Position numbers and translations under genes: made by a program. A DNA stretch of 64,000 nt from the human T2T-CHM13v2.0 reference genome, Homo sapiens, in assembly GCF_009914755.1 (NCBI RefSeq), contig NC_060928.1; one strand, written 5' to 3'. The stretch's first letter is position 1. Every line of letters starts with the position of its first letter. Positions 1 through 14,767 of the stretch are shown piece by piece. The notes below the pieces were generated by a model that did no database searches, was not told the origin of the DNA, and was given only the letters and a program-made list of their open reading frames with translations.

Positions 1-3000
1 ATAGTATATAAACATTCCGTTTTTCTCCACAATCTCACCAGCACTTGTTATTTTTTGACTTCTCATAATAGCCATTCTGACTGGTAAGAGATGATATCTC
101 ATTGTGGTTTTGATTTGCATTTCTCTAGTGATCAATAATATTGACCTTTTTTTTCATATGCTTGCTTGCCACATGTACGTCTGCTTTCAAAAAGTGTCTG
201 TTTATGTCCTCTGCCCATTTTTTAATGGGGTTGTTTGTTTTTCTTTGGTAAATTTGTTTAAGTTCCTTATTATAGTTGCTGGATATTAGACCTTTCTCAG
301 ATATATAATTTGCAAATATTTTCTCCCATTCTATATATTGTCTCTTCACTCTGTTGGTAGTTTCTTTTGCTTTGCAGAAGCTCTTAAGTTTAATTAGATC
401 TCATTTGTCAATTTTTGCTTTGTTGCAATTGCTTTTGGTGTCTTTGTCATGAAATATATCAAGTTCCTATGTCCAGAATGATATTGCCTATGTTGTCTGC
501 CAGGGTTTTCATAATTTGAGGTTTTAAATTTAAGTCTTTAATCCATCTGGAGTTGATTTTTGTATATGGTATAAGGAAGGGGTCCAGTTTCAATCTTCTG
601 CATATGGCTATCCAATTATCCCAGCACCATTTATTGAACTGGGAGTCCTTTCCCCATTGATTGTTTTTGTCAACCTTGTCAAAGATCAGATGATTGTAGT
701 ATTTGGCTTTATTTATGGGTTCTGTAACCCATTCCATTGGTCTACATGTCTATTTTTGTACCAGTACCATGCTGTTTTGGTTACTGTAGCCTTGTAGTGT
801 AGTTCAAAGTCAGGTAGTATGATGCTCTTGGCTTGTTCTTTTGCTTAGTATTGCCTTGGCTATTTAGGATCTTTTTTGTTTCCATATGTATTTTAGAATA
901 GTTTTTTTTTCTAATTCTGTGAAAAATGTAATTGGTAGTTTGGTAGGAGTAACACTGAATCTGTCAATTGCTTGGGGCAGTGTCCATTTTAACAATATTG
1001 ATTCTTCCTATCCTTGAACATGGAATGTTTTTCCATTTGTTTGTGTCATCTCTGATTTCTTTTAGCAGTGTTTAGTAATTTTCTTTGTAGACATCTTTCT
1101 CCTTCCTGGTTAGCTGTATTCCTAGGTATTTTATTCTTTTTGTGGCAACTGTCAATTGGATTGTTTTCCTTATCTGGCTGTCAGCTTGGTTGTTATTTGT
1201 ATATAGAAATGCTAATGAATTTTGTATGTTGATCTTGTATTCAGAAATTTTGCTGAGGTTGTTTATCAGATTAAGGAACTTTTGGGCTGAGACTATGGGG
1301 TTTTCTAGATAGAGAATCATGTTGTCTGCCAACAGGGATAGTTTGGCTTTCAGTCTTCCTATTTGGATGCCTTTTATTTTTTTCTCTTGCCTGATTGCTC
1401 TGGCCAGGACTTTCAATACTATGCTGAGTGGGAGCAGTGAAAGGGGCCATTCTTGTCTTGTTCTGATTTTCAAGGGGAATGCTTCCAGCTTTTGACCATT
1501 CAGTATGGTGTTGGTTGTGGGTTTGTCATAGATGGCCCTTATTATTTTGAGGTATATTCCTTCAATACCTAGTTTGTTTAGAGTTTGTAACATGAAAGAA
1601 TGTTGAATTTTATCAGAAGCCTTTTCTGCATCTACCAAGATGATCATGTGGTTTTCTGTCTTCAGTTCTGTTTATGTGATGAATCGCATTTATTGGTTTG
1701 CGTATGTTGAACCAAACTTGCATCCTGGGAACAAAGCCTACTTGATCATGGTGGATTAGCTTTTCGATGTGTTGCTGAATTCAGTCTTCTAGTACTTTAA
1801 TGAGAAATTTTGCAACAATGTTCATCAAGGATATTGGCCTGACATTTTCTTTTGTTGTTGTCTCTCTGCCAGGTGTTGGTATCAGGATAATACTGGTCTC
1901 ATAGAATGAGTTAGGGAGGAGTTCTTCCTTTTCAATTTTTTAGAATAGTTTCAGTAGTAATGATACCAGCTCTTCTTTGTACACCTGGTAGAATTTGGCT
2001 GTGAATCCACCTGGGCTAGAGCTTTTTTCAGTTGTAGGTTATTTATTACTGATTCAATTTTGGAGCTCATTATTGGTCTGTTCAGAGATTCAGTTTCTTC
2101 CTGTTTCAGTCTCGGGAGGGTGTATGAGTCCAGGAATTTATCCATATCTTCTAGATTTTCTAGTTTATGTGCATAGAGGTGTTCATAATAGTCTTTGGTG
2201 GTTATTTGTGTTTCTTTGGGACATCCTTTCTCTTCCCTTTATTATATTTATTTGGATCTTCTCTCCTTCTTAGTAGTCTAGCTAGTGGTCTATCTATTTT
2301 ATTAACTTCTTCAAAAAACAAGCTCCTGGCTTCATTGATCTTTTGAATGGTTTTTTTTTGTGTCTCAATCTCCTTCAGTTCAACTCTGATTTTGATCAAT
2401 TCTTGTCCTCTGCTAGCTTTGGGGTTGGTTTGCTCTTGAGTCTCTTGTTCTTTTGGATGTAGTGTTAGTTTGTTAATTTGACATCTTTCTAGCTTTTTGA
2501 TGTGGACATTTAGGGTTATAAATTTCCCTCTTAACCCTGCCTTAGCTGTGTTCCAGGGATTCTGGCTTGTTGTATCTTTATTCTCATTAGTTTCAAAGAA
2601 CTTTTTGATTTCTGCCTTAATTTCATTATTTGCCTAGAAGTCACTGAGAAGATGGTTGTTTAATTTCCATGTAAATGTATGGTTTTGAGCAATTTTCTTC
2701 ATATTGAATTCTATTTTTATTGTGTTGTGGTCCAATTGTGTTGATGTTATTTTTGTTTTCTTGAATTTGCTGAGAATTGTTTTATGTCTAATTATGTGAC
2801 TAATTTTAGACTGTGCGCCATGTGCAGATGAGAAGAATGTGTATTCTTTTGTTTTTGGATGGATAGTTCTGTAGATATGTATCAAATTCATTTGGTCCTG
2901 TGTCGCGTTCAGGTCCTAAATATCTTTGTAAATTTTCTGCTTGGGTGATCTGACTAGTACTTACGGTTGGGTGTTGACGACTCCCACTATTATATGTGGG

Positions 3001-3133
3001 AGTCTAAGTCTCTTTGAAGGTCTCAAAGAACTTGCTTTATGAATCTGGATGCTCCTGTGTTCAGTGCATATATATATATAGGATAGGTAGGTCCTCTTGT
3101 TGAACTGAGCCCCTTACCCTTATGTAATGCCCT

Positions 3134-3195
<62 letters not shown>

Positions 3196-3204
3196 TGTGT
3201 GTGT
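3134..3204. repeat. Compound microsatellite (CT)n(GT)n inside L1 ORF2
   Basis: Directly visible. Confidence 0.97.
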
Positions 3205-4355
3205 TAATCTTTGTTGGTTTAAAGTCTGTTTTGTCTGAAATTATGATTGTAACATCTGCTTTTCTCTTGTTTTCCACTTGCTTGGTACATTTTTCTTCAT
3301 CCCTTTATTTTGAGCCTGTAGGTGTCACTGTATATGAGATGGGTCTCTCAAAGACAGCATACCACTGGGAATTGGGTCTTGCTTTTTTATCCAACTTGCC
3401 ACTCTGTGCCTTTTAATTGAGACATTTAGCCCATCTGTATTCTAGGTTAGTATTGATGTGTGTGGATTTGATCCTGTTGTATCATTAGCTGTTTATTAGG
3501 CTGACTTGTTTGTGTGGCTGCTTTAAAGTGTCACTAGTCTGTGTACTTAATGTTTTTTGTGGTGGCTGGTAATGGTGTTTTCTTTCCATATTTAGTGCTT
3601 CTTTCAGGAGCTCTTGTAAGGCAGGTCTGGTTGTAATGAATTCCCTCAGCATTTGCTTGTCTGAAAAGGATCTTATTTCTCCTTTGCTTACAAAACTTAG
3701 TTTAGCTGGATCTGAAATTCTTGGTCGGAATTTCTTTTGTTTAAGAATGTTGAATATAGGCCTACAATCTCTTCTGGCTTATAGGGTTTCTGTTGAGAGG
3801 TCCACTCTTAGTCTGTTGAGCTTTCCTTTGTGGTGATCTGTACCTTCTAACTGCCTTTAACATTTTTTATTTCATTTCAACCTTGGAAAATCTTATGATT
3901 ATGTGTCTTTGGGATGATCTTCTTGTGAATTAATTTGCAGGGTTTTTCTGCATTTCCTGAATTTAAATGTTGGCCTCTCTAGCTAGGTTGGGGAAGTTCT
4001 CATGAATGATATCCTGAAATATGTTTTCCAAGTTGTTTCCATTCTCCCCATCTCTTTCAGGGACACCAGTGAGTCATAGGTTCAGTCTCTGTACATAATC
4101 CCATATTCTTTGCAGTTGTTGTTTGTTCTCTTCATTCTTTTAAAATTTGTTCTTGTCTGATGCCTTATTTCAGAATGCCAGTCTTCAAGCTTGAGATTCT
4201 TTCCTCAGGCGATCTATTCTGCTGTTAATACTTGTGATTTCATTAGGAAACTTTTGTAGTGTGTTTTTCAGCTTTTTTAGGTTGGTTACATGCTTTTCCA
4301 TACTAATTGTTTTTTCTGCCAGCTCCTATATTGTTTTATTGTGATTCTTAGCTTC

Positions 4356-4720
4356 TGATATGGTTTGGCTGTGTCCCCACCAAAATCTCATCTTTAATTG
4401 TAGCTCCCATAATCCACACGTGTCATGGGAGGGACCCAGCGGGAGGTAATTGAATCATGGTGGTGGGTTTTTCCCATGCTGTTCTCATGATAGTGAATAA
4501 GTCTCATGAGATCTGATGGTTCATAAAATGCAGTTCCCCTGCACACACTCTCTTGCCTGCCACCATATAAGATGTGATGTGCCTTTGCTCCTCCTTCACC
4601 TTCTGCCATGATTGTGAGGCCTTCCCAGCCATGTAAAACTGTGAGTTCATTAAACCTCTTTTTCTTTACAAATTACCCAGTCTCAGGTGAGTATTAGCAG
4701 TGTGAGAACAGACTCATACA
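4356..4720 (+). mobile_element. THE1 (MaLR) solo LTR inserted in L1 ORF1
   Basis: Starts TGATATGGTTTGGCTGTGTCCCC and ends CAGACTCATACA; 365 bp; 5-bp TSD gcttc/gcttt (4351-4355, 4721-4725). Confidence 0.93.
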
Positions 4721-5520
4721 GCTTTTTGGATTGGGTTTCATTGTACGCCTGAATCTTGATGATCTTCCTGTCTATTCATATTCTGAATTCCATTTCTATA
4801 ATTTCAACCATCTCAGCCCAGTTAAGAACTCTTGCTGGAGGACCAGTGTGAAAATTTGGAGAAAATAAGACATTCTGGCTTTTTTAATTGTCAGAGTTTT
4901 TGCACTGGTTCTTTCTCATCTTTGTGGGCTGAGTTCCTTCAATCTTTGAAGTTGCTCTTTTGGATTTTTTTTTCTTTTATCCCATTGGATAATGTTGAGT
5001 GTTTGATTGATATATAAAATGGGTTCAGTTGATTGGCTTCATTACTGAAAGCTTTAGGATACCAAGGCTCAGCTCAGGACTCCTGAACTGCATGTTCTAA
5101 CTTGGGGGAATAGTATCAGGCCCCATCTTTGATCTCTGGGTCCTCAAGGTTAGGAATCTGCTGTGCTGGAGGGGCTGAGGTACTCCTGGACTGCTGGTCA
5201 TAGCACCCCAATTGGTGGTGCCAGCCAAAGCACTTCATAGGGCAGTGACAGTGGGATCCATCCTCACTCACATGTGCCAGTGGCAGTGGCAGTGCAGAAG
5301 GTTTCATGTTTGTCAGCTGAAGCAGGGTTCTAGCAGGTGCAGGGGTGTTGGCCTCCCTGTGGGTGTTCACAGCAGCAGTGGTGACAGTATGGCACAAGGG
5401 ATCAGGGGTTCTCACTGGTGACTGTGTGTACATTCACACTGATGGTGATGTTAGCATGGGGACAGGGTGCTGGTGGGCACAGGACTGTGTGTGCCTTTTG
5501 TGCATATTCACACTGATGGC

Positions 5521-6927
5521 AGTACTGAGTTCTTTGTATGTTTTAGCTATTAACCCCTTATGAGATATATGTTTTATAAATATTTTTCTTCCTTCCCAGA
5601 GGTTGCATTGTTGCTTTGTTAATTGTTTCCTTTGAGTGCAGAAATTTTTTATTTTAATGTAATGTCGTTTGCATTTTTTTTGTTTTGTTTTTATTGCCTG
5701 TGCTTTGGGGTCATATCAAAAAGATCATTGCCCAGACCAATGTCATTAAGCTTTCACGCTAGGTTTTCTTCTAGTAGTTTTATGTGTTTTTGTATTTTAC
5801 ATTTAAATCTTTAATCCATTTTGAGTTTATTTTTGTATGTGGTGTGAGATAAGGGTCCAATTTTATTCTTTTGCATGTGGATATCCAATTTTTCCCAGCA
5901 CCATTTAGTGAATAGACTATTATTTTCTCATTGTGCATTCCTGGCAATATTGCTGAAGATCAATTGATCAAAAATGTGTGGGTTTATTTCTGGAGTCTCT
6001 GTTCTATTGGTCTATATGTCCGTCTTCATGCTGGTACTATGCTGTTTTATTTACTGTAGCTTTGTAATATATTTTGAAATCAGAAGGTGGGATGCCTTCA
6101 GCTTTGTTCTTTTTTCTCAAAATAAAAAATTCTTTTGAATTCAGGGTCCTTTGTTTATTTTATATTTGTAAAAAATGACAGTGGAATTTTGTTAGGGATT
6201 TTGCTGAATCTTTAGGTCACTTTAGGTAGTTATAGACATTTAAACAATGTTAAGACTTCAAATTTATGAACATAGGATGTGTTTTTATTTGTATCTTCTT
6301 TAATTTCTTTAATATTTTATGTTTCAAGGTTTATGTGTTTCACCTTAAATTTATTTCTATGTATTTGATTCTTTTTGATGCTGTTGTAAATATGCATTTT
6401 CTTAACTTTGTTTTTAAATACTTTATTATTAGGATACAGAACACAAATAATTTTTGTTTTTTATATATTGAATCATCATTGTATCCCAGGGATAAATCCC
6501 ACTTGATCATGGTGAATGGTGCTTTTAATGTGTTGTTGAATTGGTTTTCTCATATTTCATTGAAGATTTTTACATCTGTGTTCATCAGGGATATTAGCCT
6601 GTAGTTTGCTTTCCTTCTAGTGTCATTGTCTGTCTTTGATTGGTATCAGAGTAATGCTGTCTTCATAAAATAAATTTGGAAGTGTTCTCTCCACTTCAAG
6701 CTTTTATAGTGGTTTAAGAATAATTAATGGTAGTTTCTTTTGAGATAATTTATGAAATTTACCATTGAAGCCATCTAGTTCTGAGATTTTCTTTGTTGGT
6801 TTTTGATGACTTATTCAATCTCCTTACTGATAAATTATAGGTCTGTTCAGATTTTCTATTTCTTCATGATTCTGTCTTAGTAGGTAATATGTTTCTAAAA
6901 ATGTATATTCATTTCCTCTAGGTTACC
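5521..6927 (-). mobile_element. L1M (older L1) ORF2 segment, non-inverted part of a 5'-inverted element
   Basis: Antisense L1 ORF2 sequence with internal deletions, ending at ..TTTCCTCTAGGTTACC. Confidence 0.85.
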
Positions 6928-8340
6928 TTGTTACCAGATTAAAAATCGGCCATTATAAGTATAAAATATTTTATGTAAGCCCCATGGCAGCAACAAAGAA
7001 AATATTTATAGAACATACACAAAATATCAGAAAGGAATCAAAGTATTTTAATGCAAAAAATTAACAGAAACACAAAGGAAGACAGCAAGAGAGGGAAAGA
7101 GGGACAAAATAACTACAAGACAGACAAAGCAATGAACAAATTGGCAATAGTAAGTCCTTCTCTATCATTCATTGCTTTAAATATAAATGGATTAAACTCA
7201 TCAAATACATAAAGTGGCTGAATGGATTAAAAAAGACATTTTATAATAATAATAATATCAATTCACCAGGAAGATATAACAATTATATGTATAGATGACC
7301 CCAACATCATTGCATCTAAATATGTAAAGCAAACATTGATTGGTAGAACTGAAGGGAGATATAGAAAGCAGTACAATAACAGTAGGAGACTTCAATATCT
7401 CACTTTCAAGATATGCAAGATTATATTTGTGGATATGCAAGAGTGTATTTGTGGAATTACGTTTGTGGAAATATGTGGAATTTAAACATATTTCAATTTT
7501 CTATGAAATATGTTTTCATATTCCCATATTCATATTCATATTTTCATATTCATACTCCTTATTGATGTCATTGGAATTGAATAATACTATAGGAGTCATT
7601 GGAATTGAATAATACTATAGACTAAATGGGCTTAGTAGTCATATATCAAACATTCCACTTGACAGCAGCAGAATACATATTTTTCTAGGTGCTCATGGAA
7701 CATTCTATGGAATAGATCACATATTAGGTCACAAAACAAGTCCTTAAAAGTTTAAGAAGACTGAAGTCAGACCATGTATTTTTTTCTGACTACAATAGAA
7801 TGAAACTGGAAATCAATAGTGGAAGAAAAAGAAGAAAATTGAAATATGTTTAAATTCCACATATTTCCACAAATATAATTTCACATATATACTCTTGCAT
7901 ATCCAATGAGTCAAAGAAAAAATTAAAAGAGAAATTAGATCATATCTTGAGACAAATGAAAACATAAACACAACATATCAAAACTTATTGGATGCAGCAA
8001 AAGTAGTACTAAGAGGGACGTTTATAGCAATAAACACCTACATTTATAAATAAGATCTCAACCAAACTTTATACCTCAAGAAACTATAAAAAGAAAAATA
8101 ATCTAAGCCCAAAATTAGCAGAAGGAGGAAATAATAAAGATCAGAGCAGAAATAAATAAAATAGAGAATAGAAAAACATTAAACTATAAGCTGTTTTTTA
8201 AAAATATAAGTCAGTTGACAAACCTTTAACAGAATGAAGAAAAAAGAGAAATTTCAAATAAAATCAGAATTGAAAGAGCAGACATTACAACTGATGTCAC
8301 AGAAATATAAAGGATCATAAAAAACTACTATGAACAATTG
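6928..8340 (+). mobile_element. L1M inter-ORF/ORF2 endonuclease segment, inverted part of the same element
   Basis: Sense L1 EN sequence (ORF 7340: TITVGDFNISLS) ending at ACTACTATGAACAATTG, just upstream in L1 of where the minus part begins. Confidence 0.85.
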
Positions 8341-8719
8341 TTTTATGTTTTAATCTTAACTAATTTGTTTCAGTTTCCTTAGGTTTATTTTGCAGTTTTT
8401 TTTAGTGTAAGTATTTTAGGGTGTATACATTTTTTTTCTGGCCTTTCAAAGGTGTAGATCAGATACTGGACAGTGTTAACTCAAATAAAATATTTTCTCC
8501 TTTCCCTTCAAGTAAATAGTCAGCTAGCTAACATCATTTGTAAATGCAGCAATGGTTTTCTTCCAAGACAAATGTTAAAATGAAGATATGTTATTTAGGT
8601 GGTACACCCATTACACCAGTAGCCACAAGTAGCCCAAATAAATGCATTCCTTTATTATATTAGCTTTAGAGATAAATATCTTGAAGAAACAGATTACTTG
8701 GCAATTGCATTGTGACAGA

Positions 8720-8945
8720 GGTGCAGTAAAAAGCAGTGGTAAAATCTAGGCTCTGTTGTCAGGTTATCTGGTACTAATTTTGGCTCTCACATTTATTTTT
8801 CTGTGCAACTCTGGGCGAGTTAATTGACTTCACTAAGTCTCAGTTTTCTCATTTGTAAAATGTTTTTAGTATTGAATGAAGTAAGTCATTAAAGCACTTT
8901 GCACAGTATCTGGCACAAAGTAAATATTTAATTAATCTATTATTA
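8720..8945 (+). mobile_element. MIR SINE
   Basis: Core CTGGGCGAGTTAATT..CTCAGTTTTCTCATTTGTAAAATG and 3' AAAGCACTTTGCACAGTATCTGGCACA. Confidence 0.8.
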
Positions 8946-9159
8946 CAATATCCCAAGGAAACGAAAATTTCCAGACAATCTGGAGAGGACTCGCCAGCAT
9001 TCAGAAATAGCTGGGAGACACTTGGGGAGAATGTGCCATGGGTAAAGACATTCTCTGACCCTTCTTCTCCTGGCTCAGTGATAGGTTAGGCTTCTTTCTT
9101 ATATGTAGTCCTGATACTCCCATTTGTTCTCTTAATATTCCTCACATTTTAAACTAATT

Positions 9160-9305
9160 AATCCTCTCTCTTCTTGGCTACATTTTAAATTCTATGAGGC
9201 CAAAGGTCATATGTATCATACTGACCTCTCTATCCCTGGCATCTATAATAGTATGGATAATCAATAAATATTTCTGAAATATTCAATGAATGAATGGGTG
9301 AATAA
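9160..9305 (+). mobile_element. L2 3' end fragment
   Basis: ..CAATAAATATT..TGAATGAATG terminus typical of L2. Confidence 0.6.
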
Positions 9306-9329
9306 ACCTTGAATGCTTCAACCACTTCA

Positions 9330-9480
9330 CATTTTTAATTAAACTATTTATTTTGAGGTAATTATCAATTCACATACAGTTGTAAGAAATTATAGAGAAA
9401 TTCCCTTATACCTTTTACTCAGAGTCCTCAATGATATTATCTTACAAAACTGTAGCACAATATCACAACTGAGATACTTG
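9330..9480 (-). mobile_element. L1MC/L1MD-type 3' end fragment
   Basis: TTTATTTTGAGGTAATT..CACATACAGTTGTAAGAAAT resembles the antisense 3' terminus of L1MC/MD. Confidence 0.7.
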
Positions 9481-12400
9481 GCCTTGAAATCTTGAAGTGC
9501 AGTGTCGGCTAGGTATATTAGAATCAAAATGTCTCTTTTACCTCTAGCAAATTCTGAGCAGCGTTTTTCAGGTTTGCACACCTGGAGCTACAAGGCCAGG
9601 ACCCAGGTCTGTATGCTGAACTGGCTGACCACCATGCTCTTTGCATGCCCAGGGTCGAATATTGAGAGGTAGCATTGATTTCTTCTAATACATTTGAAGG
9701 CTTTCAAAGGACTTAATAGGAAAGATCTTTTTAATGTGACTGATATTTTAAAATATGTGTTCTCTTTTTTTTTCAGGGCTTCCCGTAGTAGTCAGATATA
9801 TTGGCCTGAAGTGAAAGAAAGGGATTTAGTTTCAATGTTCTGCATATGGCAGATCAGTTATCTCAGCACCATTTATTGACTCCCAGCACAATAGGGAGTA
9901 TTTTCCCCATTGTTTGCTATTGTCAACTTTGTCAAAGATCAGGTGGTTGTAGGTATTTGGCTTTATTTCTGGGTTCTCTATTCTGTTCCATTGGTACATG
10001 TGTCTCTTTTTGTATTAGTACCATGCTGTTTTTGTCATTTTGGTTATTGTAGCTTCATAGTACAGTTTAAAGTTGGGTAGTGTGATGCCTTTAGGTTTGT
10101 TCTTCTTGCTTAGATTGCTTTGGCTATTTGGGCTCTTTTTTGATTTCATATGAATTTTAGAATAGATTTTTCTAGTTCTGTGAAAAAATAATATTGGAAG
10201 TTTGATAGGAATAGCATTGTATCTGTCAGTTGCTTTGGGCAGTATGGCCATTTAAACAATATTGATTCTTCCTATCTATGAGCATGGAATGTTTTTCTAT
10301 TTTTTTGTGTGTCATCTGATTTCTTTGAGCAGTGTTTTGCAATTCTCATTGTAGAGATCTTTCACCTCCTTGGTAAGCTGTAGTCCTAGGTATTTTATCC
10401 TTTGTGGCTGTTTTTTGTAGGATTGTGTACTTGATTTGGCTCTGACCTTGGATGTTATTGGAATATAGAAATGTAATAATTTTTGTACATTGATTTATAT
10501 CTTGAAACTTTACTGAAGTCATTTATGAGTTCTAGAAGCCTTCTGGCAGAGTCTTCAGGATTTTCTAGGTAAAGAAGCCTATTGTTCATGAAGAAAGATA
10601 GTTTGACTTCCTCTTTTCCTATCTGGATGCTTTTTTCTTTCCTTCTCTTGCCAGGTTGCTCAGGCTAGGCCTTCCAGTATTACATTGAATAACAGTGGTG
10701 AGATTAGGCATTTTTTTTTGTTCCAGTTCTCAGGGGGACTGCTTCCAGCTTTTGCCTGTTCAGTATGATGTTAGCTGCAGGTTTGTCATATATGCCTCTT
10801 ATTATTTTGAGGTATGTTCTTTCAATGCTTAATTTGTTGAGTGTTTTTAACATGAAGAGATGTTGAATTTTATCAGAGGCCTCTCCTGAATCCATTGAGA
10901 TGATCATGTGATTATTAATAAAATTTTGTTTATGTAGTGAAACTCATTTATTTATTTGTTTACATTAAACTAATTATTTATTTGTGTTAAACCAATCTTG
11001 CATTGGAATAAAGCATACTTGATCATGATGAATTAACTTTTTGATGTCTGTTGAATTTAGTTTGCTAGTATTTTGTTGAGGATTTTTGTGTCTGTGTTCA
11101 TCAGGGATATTGCCCTGAAGTTTTCTTTTTTTTGTTTTGTCTCTGCCAGTCTTTGGTATCAGAATGATTCTGGCTTCATAGAATGAGTTAGGGAGAAGTC
11201 CTCCTCCTCTTTTCTTTTTTTTCTTTTTTCTTTTTTTTTTTAAGAATAACTTCAGTAGGATTGGTACTAGCTCTTTTACATCTTGTAGAATTTGACTGTG
11301 AATCCATCTGATACAGGCCCTTTATTGGTTGGTAGGGTTTTTATTACAGATTCACATTTGAAACTTGCTATTATTTTGTGCAGGACTTTAATTTCTTCCT
11401 GGTTCAATTTTGGGAAGCCATGTGTTTCCAAAAATATGTCCATTTCTTCTGGGTTTTCTAGTTTGTGTGCATAGAGGCATTCATAATAGTCTCTAAAGAC
11501 TTTTTGTATTTCTTTGGGGTCAGTTGTAATGTCACCTTCATTGTTCCTGTTTGGGTTTATTTGGGTTTTCCCTTTTTTTCTTTATTAATCTAGCTAGCAG
11601 TCTATCAGTCTTGTTTAATCATTTGAAGAACCAACTTTAGGTTCTGTTGATCTTTTATGTGGATTTTCATGTATCAATTTCATTCAGTTCAGCTCTGATT
11701 TTGATTCTTTCTTTTCTTCTGCTAGCTTTGGGGTTGGTTTGCTTTTGTTTTTCTAATTCCACTAGGTGCGCCATTAGGTTGTTAATTTGAGATCTTTCTA
11801 ACTTCTTGATATAGGTGTTTGGTGCTATAAACTTTTCTCTTAAGACTGCTTTAGCTGTGTCCAAAAGATTCTGGTATGTTGTGTCTGTTTTCATTAGTTT
11901 CAAAGAATTTTTTTTTTGTTTTTGCCTTAATTTAATTATTTACTCAAAAGTCATTCAGGAGCATGTTGTTTAACTTCCATGTTATTGTACAGTTTTGATA
12001 GATCTTGGTATTGATTTCCTTTTTTCTGCATTGTGGTCTGAGAGTATTGTTGGTTTGATTTTAATTTTTAAAAATCTGTTGGGACTCGCTTTGTGGCTGA
12101 GCATGTGGTACAACTTAAAGCACATGCTGCGTAGAAGGTAAGAATGAATATTCTGTTGTCTTTTGATGGGGTATTCTGTAGATGTCTATTAGTCCAATTG
12201 GTCAAGTGTTGAGTTTAGGTCCAGAATATCTTTGTTAATTTTCTGCCTCAATGGCCTGTTTAACACTGTTAGTGTGGTGTTGAAGTCCGCCATTATTATT
12301 GTGCAATTGTCTAAGTCTCTTCATAGGTCTCTAAGAACTTGTTTTTTGAATCTGGGGGCTCCAATGTTGGATGCCTATACATTTAGGATAGTTAAGTCTT

Positions 12401-12644
12401 CTTGGTGGATTCAGCCCTTTATTATTGTGTAATGTTCTTCTTTGTACTTTTTGATCATTGTTGGATTAAAGTTTGCTTTATCTCATATAAGAATAGCAAC
12501 CCCTTCTCTTTTCTGTTTTCTGTTTGCCTGATAGGATCTTTCTCGATTCCTTTACTTTGAAGCTGTAGGTGTCTCTTGAAGATAGCAGACAGTTGAGTCT
12601 TGTTTCTTTTCCAACTTGACACTATATGCCTTTTAAATGCGGGA

Positions 12645-14324
<1,680 letters not shown>

Positions 14325-14767
14325 TTACCTTCAGGGTCAATATTAATATGTGATGATTTTATCCTGTCATTATGCTGTTACCTGGTTTTCATGTAGACTT
14401 TGTTGTATAATTGCTTCTTAGTGTCAATGGGGTGTGCGCTTAAGTGTGCTTTTTTCAGGGCAGATATCATTCTTTCATTTCCATGTTTAGCACTTCTTTT
14501 AGGACTTCTTGTAGGGCAGGTGTAGTGGTAACAAATTTCCTTAGCATTTGCTTGTTTGAAAAGGATCTTATTTCTTTTTCGCTTATGAAGCTTAGTTTGG
14601 CTGAATATAAAATTTATGGTTGGATTTTTTTTTTCTTTAAGAATGCAGAATGTAGGATCCAAATCTTGTCTGACATAAAGGGTTTCTGCTGAAAGTTCTA
14701 CGATTAGCCTGTTGGAAGTATTACTATTCCCTTTGTAAGTGAACAGCCCCTGTTCTCTATCTGCCTT

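Larger units (their letters stand above)
1..5520 (-). mobile_element. Old L1 LINE (L1PA-late/L1PB/L1MA-age), 5' region through ORF1 and ORF2, decayed; 3' end runs off the window
   Basis: Minus-strand ORF fragments match L1 ORF2: 1072-1647 ([26 protein letters not shown]), 459-737 (HLIFDK..QWGKDS.FNKWCW) and 2634-2891 (EN). ORF1-like sequence lies at ~3550-4900 and G-rich 5' UTR-like sequence at 5100-5520. Many stops and frameshifts. Confidence 0.93.

Noticed and set aside
570-12640. Segmental duplication between the two long minus-strand L1s
   Set aside because: The similarity is confined to L1 sequence with many independent differences, as expected for separate insertions of related subfamilies.
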